Below, in pieces: positions 53,673 through 62,493 of a stretch of 64,000 nucleotides of DNA. The number at the start of each line of letters is the position of its first letter. Position 1 is the stretch's first letter. The position numbers were made by a program, and so were the translations under genes. Location of the stretch: positions 13,748 to 77,747 of the forward strand of contig JAPPAV010000120.1 of NCBI GenBank assembly GCA_026705345.1, given 5' to 3'. Source of the stretch: Gammaproteobacteria bacterium. Lineage in GTDB: Bacteria; Pseudomonadota; Gammaproteobacteria; Pseudomonadales; Azotimanducaceae. The notes beneath the pieces are model-generated. The model was not told where the DNA came from and ran no database searches. It worked only from the letters and a program-made list of their open reading frames with translations.

Positions 53673-53803
53673 GGGACACCCTGGGGACACCTTTGTGGTG
53701 TCCCGTGGCAAAGCCAAGCCGTCCTGAAGCCGCGACTGGCGACGGCGCGCCCTTGCGGGCGCGTTCGGCGCGCCCTGCGGGCGGGGACAACCCCGCCGCC
53801 TAC
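53669..53803. repeat. REP-type palindromic cluster (four hairpins) between convergent genes
   Basis: The sequence is GTAGGGGACACCCTGGGGACACCTTTGTGGTGTCCC...GGCGCGCCCTTGCGGGCGCG...GGCGCGCCCTGCGGGCGGGGACAACCCCGCCGCCTAC. Both terminal GTAG/CTAC motifs are stop codons, of the ankyrin gene and of the 53800 gene. Confidence 0.75.
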
Positions 53804-55362
53804 GGGGATCGCCCGTCCGACCCGTTCTCGGTGTCTCGGTGGGCACGGAGCTCGGCCGCCGCCTTGGCTTTCTCGGCCGGTGAGTCGATCGCGTTGACCA
53901 GCCGTTCGGCGGTGTCCGTGTCCAATAGCCGCAATCGACTCGACACCATGGCGACGAGCGCCCGGTCGCGCACCAGCCCGGACGGATACTCCATGACGGC
54001 CTCCATCGCCGCCGGCGAGTCTCTTGCCGACCAGACGGCGAATACGCGTGCCACCAACGGCGCGGTTTCCGCCGCGCTACCGAGCGTTGTCACCCAGCGC
54101 AACGCGTCCGACGGCTCTGCCCTTGTCGCCAGCACTAGTGCCGCCACCATGCGCAACGAGATGTCGTCGACCTCCGCGGTAAGCTGTCTGGCCAATTCGG
54201 GGTCTGACTCCTGGATATCGGCCAGGACAAATCCAAGCGTGTTGTTGCGAATCGGCTCATCCAATTCCATCGTCCAGGCGACGGCCCATTCCGGATCCTC
54301 GCGTGCCAAACGGCGACCGACGCCCAGCGCATAGCGTCGCCGGTTGGGCAGGTCCATCTCGTCGAAGGCCGCAAGCGCGAGATCCAACTCGCCCTCCTCG
54401 AGCATCACGGCGAACACGGCAAGCTGGGCCTCGAGCCGGGCTGGTCCCTCCGGAAGTGCCTCCACCAGCGACTCCGCCTCCGCCAGGTCCGTCTTCGCAA
54501 GCGCCGCGAAGGCAGGCCCCACCAGGCTGGCCACTGCCTCGAGATCCCGCGTCAGCAGCCAGTCCACCGCTGCGCGTGGGTCCGCCTCGGACCAAGCGCC
54601 CATGGCGCGGCCGAGCCAAAAGCCCTTCAGATCCTTGTCGCCATTCCAACCGAGAATCGCCGCCACGGCACCGGCCGGATCCTCGGCCGCCCAGGCTGCG
54701 GACACGGAAATGATCTCCCGGTAGCGCGCCCTTACGTCTTCGATGGCCGCGATTCGAGCCAACGCCTGGTCGTAGGGTTCGGCAGCGCGAGGCGGGGCCG
54801 CCCGCTCGATCTCGACGAGGTTCTCCCGTGTACCGAGCCGTTCGGCAATCGACGCACGCTCCGACGCGGAGAGGTCGAGATCAAGAATGGCACGGGCTGC
54901 GTCCTCCTTCATGACCATCGAGAGATGGGACGCCCGTGCCACGGCCGCCTCCAGGTCCACATGCGCCCAGGCGCGGAACACCACTTCCAGGATCTGCGGC
55001 TTCGCATAGTTGCCGAGGGCGTGAGCGGCGGCCGCGCCCGGTTCGAGGGACGCGAAACGGACGTAGAGCACGCGCGCCGCATCGTCCTTCTGGGGCGATC
55101 CGGACTCCGCGCCGAGAGCCGCCAGCAATGCTTCGATCCGTTGCCGATCGGCATCCGCGACGAAACGATAGAGCGTTGCATTGCGCTCGAAGCGGTTCGG
55201 GATCGCGATGATTCCGGCCAGGGCGCCCTCGGTGGTCGTCTCGGAGGCGTCCGCGTCCGGCGACGCCTGGGCGGCGGACGGTCTTGCGCAGATGCACATC
55301 GTCGACACGAGGGCCATGACGAACACGCCCATCACGAATCGAGACCCCGCCGAGCGCATCAA
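53800..55362 (-). CDS. Hypothetical exported alpha-helical repeat protein (paralog A)
   Basis: 520 aa. It has a signal-like N-terminus (FVMGVFVMALVSTMCICARPSAAQA) and a recurring motif W..DP..A..W (AWSEADPRAAVDWLL, AAWAAEDPAGAVAAIL, VWSARDSPAAMEAVM). It is a paralog of the upstream gene. Confidence 0.6.
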   Translation of the reverse strand: MMRSAGSRFVMGVFVMALVSTMCICARPSAAQASPDADASETTTEGALAGIIAIPNRFERNATLYRFVADADRQRIEALLAALGAESGSPQKDDAARVLYVRFASLEPGAAAAHALGNYAKPQILEVVFRAWAHVDLEAAVARASHLSMVMKEDAARAILDLDLSASERASIAERLGTRENLVEIERAAPPRAAEPYDQALARIAAIEDVRARYREIISVSAAWAAEDPAGAVAAILGWNGDKDLKGFWLGRAMGAWSEADPRAAVDWLLTRDLEAVASLVGPAFAALAKTDLAEAESLVEALPEGPARLEAQLAVFAVMLEEGELDLALAAFDEMDLPNRRRYALGVGRRLAREDPEWAVAWTMELDEPIRNNTLGFVLADIQESDPELARQLTAEVDDISLRMVAALVLATRAEPSDALRWVTTLGSAAETAPLVARVFAVWSARDSPAAMEAVMEYPSGLVRDRALVAMVSSRLRLLDTDTAERLVNAIDSPAEKAKAAAELRAHRDTENGSDGRSP

Positions 55363-57125
55363 GAATCCTCCTCGTCGTCGGACGCGTCGTCGTCCTCCGC
55401 CGGCAGGAACTTGCGGTATCGCTCGGCCTTGCGCTGCCGTGGATCGATATCGGTGAAGTACCGATACAGGATTTGTGCGGTGGCAGCCTGCTGTTCGGGC
55501 GTTTCGATGGAGTCGAACAGGCGTTCCGCCAAGCGGATGTCGTGGCCAGCGACGTTTGACATCATCGCGGCGGCGGCACGGTCGCGCGTGGGGCCGCCGC
55601 GGGTCTCCAACAAGGCCCGCGAGGCACCCCCGGGGTCCGTGCGGGACCAGGCATCGAACACCTGTACAACGAGCTTTTCTCGCTCTGTCTCGGGTCGGAA
55701 GTCACGCGCCCAGGCCAATGCCTCCCGGGCATCGCGCTGGACCTGCTGTGCGACGAGACCGGACGCGGCGGCGGTACGGATGGCGGGGTCTTCGATGGCG
55801 TCGAACAGACGCAGGGTCTCGGCATGGTCCCTGAAGTACAGGCGTCGGAGGACCGCCGCGACTTCGCGTGGACGAATGCGGCGGTCGAGGGACAACGCCC
55901 AGTCGACGGCTTCCTTTGGCGACCGTTCGTTGACCAATTCCTGGCTCAGTGCCATCGTATTCTGCGACTGCTCCTCGACACTCAAGGTTTCGAAGAAGCG
56001 CAACGCTCGATCCAGGTCGGTTCGCGCGAGTGCCCACAACACGCCACCGGCCGCCCTTCGGCGAAGCGGCTCCGGAAGGTCCGCAAGACGGACGATCGCC
56101 TCCCCGGGCGCTCGTTCCGCCAACACGGACAGAACTACCGGGACGAAACGCTGCGCGTCGACAGGATCACGACCCATTGCCCAGGTCAACGCCGCGCGTG
56201 CATCGTCTTGGCTCCACTGCACCATGACTCGGGACTTGAGGAACGTAGCCATCGGCATGCTCGGCGCAAACCCGCCGCCGGTCACGAACGGCTGATACTC
56301 GTCGTCCGTGGTCCACGACTCGACCGCCGCCATGGCTGCCGCCGGGTCCTGCATGGCCCACTCGATCACGATTCGATCGACGAGGATCTGCCGCACCAGG
56401 GACTCCCCTTCGAAGCTGATCGCTCGTTCCCAGGCATCGGCGTGGGACTCCCCGTCATGCCTCGCGTGGGATCGCGCTTCGATCTCCGCCAAGAGGTACG
56501 CGCTTCGCGAAAGCTGGGGTACCCCGGTCATGAGTTGAGCCTGACGCTGGACGTTGCTCACGGGTCCGGTCTCGTCCAAGCGCGCCACCATGGTCTGCAG
56601 CTCCGCGCGCGGCAGATCGAATTCAAGCAACGCCCGGGAGGCCGCGGCCTTGGCGGAAGGAAGCAACGTCCCCGCGCGTGCCGCCGCCGCTTCGGGGTCG
56701 AGCTGCCCCCAGGTCCGGAAGATGGCGGCCAGCCACGAGGCCCTGGTCTCGCCCCGCAACGCATGTCGAAGAGCCGCTTCCGGGTCAAGCACCGTGAAAC
56801 GGATGTAGAGCACGCGCGCAACGTCGGAACGGTGGCGCGTGGCCGGTAGCGTATCGACCTCCCCGAGCCACTCCTCGACGCGCATCCGCGGTGCGTCCCC
56901 GATCAAGGCGTAGAGGGCCGCATTGCGGGCGAAGTCGTCTTCGATCGAGGCGATGTCGGCCAGCGTCGCGGCGCCGGGCTCGAGCGCGGGAAGCGGGGCG
57001 ACCCCGGACGGCTCCAATGGCGCAGCTTGATCCTCGGTGATCGGTCGAAGTGCTTCAGGGCCGACAACGAAGTATGCGACCACGAGAACCAAAGCGACCG
57101 CTAGCAAGGCGATGCTCCATCGCAT
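55359..57125 (-). CDS. Hypothetical membrane-anchored alpha-helical repeat protein (paralog B), acidic C-terminal tail
   Basis: The start was chosen at MRWSIALLAVALVLVVAYFVV (57125), and the track ORF extends to 57275. It has the same repeat motif (RTWGQLDPEAAAARA, VQWSQDDARAALTWAM, DAWSRTDPGGASRALL). It ends in DDDASDDEEDS, and its stop overlaps paralog A's start. Confidence 0.6.
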   Translation of the reverse strand: MRWSIALLAVALVLVVAYFVVGPEALRPITEDQAAPLEPSGVAPLPALEPGAATLADIASIEDDFARNAALYALIGDAPRMRVEEWLGEVDTLPATRHRSDVARVLYIRFTVLDPEAALRHALRGETRASWLAAIFRTWGQLDPEAAAARAGTLLPSAKAAASRALLEFDLPRAELQTMVARLDETGPVSNVQRQAQLMTGVPQLSRSAYLLAEIEARSHARHDGESHADAWERAISFEGESLVRQILVDRIVIEWAMQDPAAAMAAVESWTTDDEYQPFVTGGGFAPSMPMATFLKSRVMVQWSQDDARAALTWAMGRDPVDAQRFVPVVLSVLAERAPGEAIVRLADLPEPLRRRAAGGVLWALARTDLDRALRFFETLSVEEQSQNTMALSQELVNERSPKEAVDWALSLDRRIRPREVAAVLRRLYFRDHAETLRLFDAIEDPAIRTAAASGLVAQQVQRDAREALAWARDFRPETEREKLVVQVFDAWSRTDPGGASRALLETRGGPTRDRAAAAMMSNVAGHDIRLAERLFDSIETPEQQAATAQILYRYFTDIDPRQRKAERYRKFLPAEDDDASDDEEDS

Positions 57126-57307
57126 TCGCCTCGGCGACGCTTGTGCGGATTCGCTCACGGCACACCTCGAGGAATACGAGTGCGATGCTACGAGAATAGC
57201 ATCGCGCGCTACCGACTGACAGTTCCATGCGGGTGGGTGTCCGTCGGCCTCGGCCCGACGATAGTCCGGCTCCACACCTGTCGGCGGACCTGTATGATTC
57301 GGCGGCT

Positions 57308-58153
57308 ATGGCTACGCCGGTGATCGACGCCCAGGTCCACGCCTACGAGCGCGACCGACCCGAGCGGCCGTGGATCGGGTTTCTCCACGGACCGCCGGAA
57401 GTGACCGGCGATCAGATGGTCGCCGCAATGGACGAGGTGGGCGTCGACGGCGCGATCCTCGTCTCGCCCTACAGCATGTACCGCTACGATCCGAGCTACG
57501 CGTTGGCGGTCCATGCCAAGCATCCCGGACGATTCGGCCTGGTCAAGCCGTTTGACCCCGCCGACGACGACGTCGCGGAACAGGTGCAGGAGTGGGCCCA
57601 CCTCGAAGGCGTAGTCGGTGCGCGGATCATGCTGCCCGATCCGTTCGCGGTGGAAGGCGACGACCCGGGTCTGAACCGAATCCTGGCAGCAGGCGGCAAG
57701 ACCGCCTTGACGGTGAACGTCCTGTGCTGGGGCAATGCGCCGCTGCTCGGCGGCTTGGCGGAACGCAATCCCGACACGCGGATCGTGCTCGACCACCTCG
57801 GACTTAGGCAGCCGTTCCAGCCGCCGGCGCCACCGGAACCTTTCGCCGATTTGCCCAAGGTGCTGGCACTCGCCCAGTACGACAACGTCGCGATCAAGAT
57901 CACCGGCGCCTGCACGCTGTCCCATCAGGGATTCCCGTTCGACGACATATGGGATCCGCTGCAACGTATCTTCGACGCGTTCGGCATCGAGCGCTGCTTG
58001 TGGGGCACCGACTGGACCCGGGCCGTGGCGCTCTTGACCTACGCCGAGGGAGTCGGCGCGTTTCGCGTCACGGACCGCCTCGGCGACGGGGAGCGGTCCG
58101 CCCTCATGGGCGGCAACGCGCAACGCGTCTACGGATTCACGCCCAAGCGATGA
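57308..58153 (+). CDS. Amidohydrolase-2 family (TIM-barrel metal-dependent hydrolase)
   Basis: The start is at MATPVIDAQVHAY (the HxH-like VHAY metal site). The motifs VLDHLG, KITGA and WGTDW are typical of the family. Confidence 0.8.
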   Translation: MATPVIDAQVHAYERDRPERPWIGFLHGPPEVTGDQMVAAMDEVGVDGAILVSPYSMYRYDPSYALAVHAKHPGRFGLVKPFDPADDDVAEQVQEWAHLEGVVGARIMLPDPFAVEGDDPGLNRILAAGGKTALTVNVLCWGNAPLLGGLAERNPDTRIVLDHLGLRQPFQPPAPPEPFADLPKVLALAQYDNVAIKITGACTLSHQGFPFDDIWDPLQRIFDAFGIERCLWGTDWTRAVALLTYAEGVGAFRVTDRLGDGERSALMGGNAQRVYGFTPKR

Positions 58154-58207
58154 GGTGAACCCGAACATCGCTTAGAATCACTTGCAGGGAGAACCGGGGG
58201 GAGACAA

Positions 58208-59302
58208 GTGACCCACGCACTCACGCTGGAACAGAAACAAGCGCTCTACGACGACGGCTACGTGGTTCTGAAGAACGCCGTGTCGCAGGAACTCGTCGAC
58301 GCTGCCATCGACAAGATCCGCAACCCCGAAGAAGGGGTCTACGTCGGAGGTACCAAGGAGCTGACCGACCTGGTCAACGCCTCGACGGTCACACCGATCC
58401 TGCACGAGGCAATGGGCTACTTCGATCCGCCCATCGTCTGCCAGGTGGGCGCGAACCGGGTGCGCAAGCCCGGCAACCACTTCAACAACCTCGGCTACCG
58501 GGACAAGGACCAGCCCTACTACGGGGCGGAATCGCACATGGACGGGCTGTGCACCATCGGCGTGCCGCAGGAGGTCCAGACGGGCACCCCCGACGAAATC
58601 TACAACAACTACATCTCGTCAGGCCCCAAGGGCGACATCGGCCGTAGTCCCGAGGTGATGGGCCACAACAGCGTGCCCCTTTTCGAGGATCCCGAAATGA
58701 CGCTGGGGATGGGCAGCTTCACGACGTTCGCGTTCGTATGCCTCAGCGACCAGACCCGCGAAGGCTGCGGCCAGACCGCGCTGCTCAAAGGTGCGCACCA
58801 TGTCACCGAGAAGTTCTTCCGCTGGCAACGCGCCGTCAACGACTGCATCGGGCCGGAAGGTCCGGGCTGGCCGCGTCTCAACTACCACGCCGCGAACCGC
58901 TGCGGGCACGTCTACCTCCCGGAGTCCGTGCGCGAGCAATTCCTCGACGACACCGCCGAGGCGACCTCCGACGGCGTGCGTTGGCCGAGACCCACGCAGG
59001 TTCTCATGGAGCCGGGCGACGCCTGCATCACCCTGTTCCACATGCCGCATTCCGGTACCCGCAACGAGGGTACGGAAACCCGCATGAACATCATCTTCCG
59101 GATCCGCAACAAGAAGCGCCAACCGGACAAGATGGTCAACGGCGTCTCCGACCACCCGGACCGGGGCCAGCGCGGCGAGTGGCTGGACTACGAGGACGGC
59201 AACAATCCCTGGGAGCGGTCCAAGAACGCGCTTTGCGACATGTGGGACGAATGGGAGGGCATGAAATCGGTGGTTGAAGAACGCCAGCGATCAACAACTT
59301 AG
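58208..59302 (+). CDS. PhyH-like Fe(II)/2-oxoglutarate dioxygenase (intact paralog of 50698..51760)
   Basis: 364 aa. It has the N-terminus LTLEQKQALYDDGYVVLKNAV, an HxD motif (ESHMDG) and a distal His (LFHMPHSG). It is collinear with the frameshifted copy. Confidence 0.7.
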   Translation: MTHALTLEQKQALYDDGYVVLKNAVSQELVDAAIDKIRNPEEGVYVGGTKELTDLVNASTVTPILHEAMGYFDPPIVCQVGANRVRKPGNHFNNLGYRDKDQPYYGAESHMDGLCTIGVPQEVQTGTPDEIYNNYISSGPKGDIGRSPEVMGHNSVPLFEDPEMTLGMGSFTTFAFVCLSDQTREGCGQTALLKGAHHVTEKFFRWQRAVNDCIGPEGPGWPRLNYHAANRCGHVYLPESVREQFLDDTAEATSDGVRWPRPTQVLMEPGDACITLFHMPHSGTRNEGTETRMNIIFRIRNKKRQPDKMVNGVSDHPDRGQRGEWLDYEDGNNPWERSKNALCDMWDEWEGMKSVVEERQRSTT

Positions 59303-59594
59303 CCAAAATAATCCACACAAAAACGAGCCCAAGCGGTTGATTAGACCTCTACGGAAGCGTCCCGCCTATTCGCCGGGCACGGTTAGCTACTCCTGCGCCG
59401 GTTTATGGCTGTTGCATTCAGCGGGTGGCCCGACAGAAGCGGGCTCCCTACTGGAACGCTGTTATCGCGGGGACGGACGCTAGTCGATGGTGCAGGTGGG
59501 GTCAAGGCTCATGCCCCATTGGACTGCCCGGAGAAGGCCGATGTTCCTCGCCGTGCTACGCTTTCTCCGGGCAGTCGGATCAAGGCAATCGAGT

Positions 59595-60344
59595 ATGAGA
59601 ACCGCCCTGGCGATGACCGCGTTCGCGGCCAGCATCGCGGTCAGCGAAGACGCCGTCGCCACCGATTTCCGAGTCCCGCAAGGCGGCGGGAAGCTGCCGA
59701 CAATCGCGCTCGTGGAATGCTTGGCGGAGGAAGGAAGCCGCTCGGAGGGCGAGTATTGCCGCACGACCTACGAGTGCAGTTCGATGCGGGACGGCACCGA
59801 GGTGTCGGGTACGTTATGGGAAGGTCTGACCTACCACGACGGTCGTCGGGTCACCTTGGGGACCGATCAGATCGCCAACCAGCGCGCCTGCAAGCTGACG
59901 GTCGACGACGACGCCAAGGTCACCTACTACACGGCCTACCGACCGGACGGACCCGGGGGCGAGATCGTTGCGTTCACTAGAACGAGCAGCTCGACGAGCA
60001 CGCATACGACGGGGAGCTTCAGCGTTTCTCCGAACAACATGCTGGGACAATTCCTCTCGCACAACTCCGTCCGTGCCGACACGCTGGATGATTGGGTGGA
60101 CCGCGTGTGTGCCGACATCGAGGACGAGGACGAGGAAACAACCTGCCGACGCGAGAACGACAACGCCGGTTTCTACGTGGAAGGAATCGCCGCGACCGAA
60201 AAAACGGGGTGCTACGTCGAGACCACGATCCGAAGTCAGCTCTCGAACGAGCGGAAGACATGGTTGAGAAAACTCGTCACCTTATGGTCCGACCGGGGTG
60301 CTGAGACTTCGTGCGGGGACGACGATGGTGAGGACGATGGCTGA
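59595..60344 (+). CDS. Hypothetical secreted Cys-containing acidic protein
   Basis: The start was chosen at MRTALAMTAFAASIAVSEDAVA (signal-like) within track ORF 59487..60344. It has an Asp/Glu-rich C-terminus. I recognise no family. Confidence 0.4.
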   Translation: MRTALAMTAFAASIAVSEDAVATDFRVPQGGGKLPTIALVECLAEEGSRSEGEYCRTTYECSSMRDGTEVSGTLWEGLTYHDGRRVTLGTDQIANQRACKLTVDDDAKVTYYTAYRPDGPGGEIVAFTRTSSSTSTHTTGSFSVSPNNMLGQFLSHNSVRADTLDDWVDRVCADIEDEDEETTCRRENDNAGFYVEGIAATEKTGCYVETTIRSQLSNERKTWLRKLVTLWSDRGAETSCGDDDGEDDG

Positions 60345-60570
60345 GTCCCACGTTCAGCGACTTCGCATTTGGCTGCGCGGTTTGGAGGCGCAAGGCGACC
60401 GGATTCGGTGACGGAAGTTCACGGCGTCCGGCGTCTGGGCATTTCGGCGTCTTCTCGAATTCGGTCGCGGATACCCGGAACCGCGTTCTTCCCTACACAT
60501 CGCCGCCCCTGCCTCCTGCATCGACCGCCGATACGCTGATCCGGTGGGTATGCTTGGGGCTTCCAATGCC

Positions 60571-61791
60571 ATGCAGACCATCCGCATGAACAGGCGCCTC
60601 GCCGCTTTCGCGCCAGCCGTCGCCGCCGCGTTGGGCGCACAGGCCGACACCATCCCCTACTTCCCTGCCGCGAGCGACCCCGACCTGCAGGGCTTCGTCC
60701 GGGTGGTCAACCATTCCGGAGAGGACGGCGAGGTGTCCATCCGGGCGACCGACGACGCCGGCACGGTCTTCGAGCCCATCACGCTGGACATCGGCGCGGG
60801 CGATACGGTCCACTTCAACTCGAACGACCTCGAACTCGGCAACGAGGCCAAGGGGCTGTCGACCGGCGTCGGCGCGGGCACCGGCGATTGGCGGCTGGAG
60901 ATCGACGGCGGCCCGAAGGTGCAGACCCTCGCCTACATCCGCACGCCCCGGGACGGGTTCCTGACCGCGATGATGGACACGGTGCCGCGCATCGGTAACC
61001 GGCACCACGTGCCCGTGTTCAATCCGGCAAGCAACGTCGACCAGGTGAGCAGGCTTCGGCTGGTCAACGCGGAGGACGAACCGGTCGAGGTGGCTGTTAC
61101 CGGGATCGACGACGACGGCGCGCAGTCGACGGCAAGTCTAACGGTTCCGGCGCGCAGCGCGTTGACCGTGACGGCGGCGGAACTCGAAGCGGACGGGCTG
61201 GGCGACGGCAGGGGCAAGTGGCAGCTCCTGTTGGTGGCCGATGCCCCGCTGAACCTGCTGTCCACGCCGACGGGGCACGTCACGAACCTGTCGGGTTCGC
61301 CCAGACTGCTCTGGCGCGGGCTGGTGGTGGAGGAGGAGTCGCGCTGCCCCGATGCGAAGTACGACCGGGACGAGTACGGCAGCAGCTACCGCAGCATGGA
61401 GGACGACATCATCGAGGAACTCGGCGCGATCTTCGATCCGTACACCGGCGTCTGCTACGACTCTGAGAGCGAGACGACCATCGACCACATGGTCGCACTG
61501 CACCAGGCGCACCACAGCGGCATGTGCTTCGCGGACACGGAGACGAAGCGGACGTTCGGGGGCGACATCCTCAACCTCACTCTGGCGGCCGAGGAGGTCA
61601 ACGGCAGCAAGGGCTCCAAGGACGCGTTCAACTGGATGCCCGAGATGAACAAGTGCTGGTTCGCCCGGCGCATCGTGGACGTGAGGCTCAAGTACGGGAT
61701 GACCGTGGACAGGGCCGAGGCGGAAGCCCTGGAGCTTGTCCTCGCCGGGTGGGAGAGCACCGAGATCGTGAAGCCGGATTGTGCCGACTAG
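60571..61791 (+). CDS. Secreted nuclease: duplicated N-terminal beta-rich module plus C-terminal DUF1524-type HNH endonuclease domain
   Basis: It has a signal peptide (MQTIRMNRRLAAFAPAVAAALGAQA). The C-terminus FDPYTGVCYDSESETTIDHMVALHQAHHSG...ILNLTLAAEEVNGSKGSKDAFNWMPEMNKCWFARRIVDVRLKYGMTVD..E matches the DUF1524 pattern (DPYTG...IDHxVxL...NL...N.SKG...W.P...C.Y...VK..Y.L.V). Confidence 0.7.
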   Translation: MQTIRMNRRLAAFAPAVAAALGAQADTIPYFPAASDPDLQGFVRVVNHSGEDGEVSIRATDDAGTVFEPITLDIGAGDTVHFNSNDLELGNEAKGLSTGVGAGTGDWRLEIDGGPKVQTLAYIRTPRDGFLTAMMDTVPRIGNRHHVPVFNPASNVDQVSRLRLVNAEDEPVEVAVTGIDDDGAQSTASLTVPARSALTVTAAELEADGLGDGRGKWQLLLVADAPLNLLSTPTGHVTNLSGSPRLLWRGLVVEEESRCPDAKYDRDEYGSSYRSMEDDIIEELGAIFDPYTGVCYDSESETTIDHMVALHQAHHSGMCFADTETKRTFGGDILNLTLAAEEVNGSKGSKDAFNWMPEMNKCWFARRIVDVRLKYGMTVDRAEAEALELVLAGWESTEIVKPDCAD

Positions 61792-61821
61792 GAACCTCGT
61801 TCTAGGACCGACTCGGGCATC

Positions 61822-62493
61822 ATGAGTGAGAGCAGCCGAACCTCGAGGAGAAAACCGAACACGGAAGTTCTGGCATTCGACTGCGGTCAGGACATCGTCG
61901 GCATTCTGGATATCAAGACCGGCGAGTACTTGCCCTACCGAGGTGGGCGAATGATCGAAGGTGCGCGACGGATACTCGACTGCGCCGGCGAGGTGGTCAG
62001 CTACAACGGCATACGCTACGACCTGGACGAGCTTGCCGAGATCGTCGGCGTGGAGACGACCGACAACCTCGCGCTGAACGGTGAGCATCGGGACATGCAG
62101 GTGATCGCGTCGGCACGTTGCTGGCCGCCCGACGAGGGAACCGAGCCAATCTTGGGAACAGGCCTGGTCAGCATGTACGAACGCTGCCTGGGTGGCGACC
62201 TTCCCGATCCGCCGTCCCACGTCATCGACGAGTACGAGCGGTCAAACTGGCGGGACTGCTATATGGCGGGGGAGCTATGGAAGGAACTGGCGGCGAATTG
62301 GCGTCACCAGATCGACATGGAATGCGGGAAACCACAGTGCGCGATTCGAGCCGGGTTCAACCCTATCGACATTGGCAACGACATTCGCAGGTGTCCAGAT
62401 TGCGGGACCACAATAGAACCAGGCGACGACGGGTGCGATGACCTGCTCTTTGGCGACGACGAGCGCGACTTCGTTCATGTTCCGCCCGACTAG
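61822..62493 (+). CDS. Hypothetical protein, RNase H-like/DEDD exonuclease-like N-terminal region plus C-terminal zinc ribbon (tentative)
   Basis: 223 aa. VLAFDCGQD...VVSYNGIRYDLDEL resembles the ExoI/ExoII layout of PolB-type/YprB-like exonuclease domains, but the ExoI DxE is replaced by DCG. The C-terminus has CPDCGTTIEPGDDGC. Confidence 0.35.
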   Translation: MSESSRTSRRKPNTEVLAFDCGQDIVGILDIKTGEYLPYRGGRMIEGARRILDCAGEVVSYNGIRYDLDELAEIVGVETTDNLALNGEHRDMQVIASARCWPPDEGTEPILGTGLVSMYERCLGGDLPDPPSHVIDEYERSNWRDCYMAGELWKELAANWRHQIDMECGKPQCAIRAGFNPIDIGNDIRRCPDCGTTIEPGDDGCDDLLFGDDERDFVHVPPD

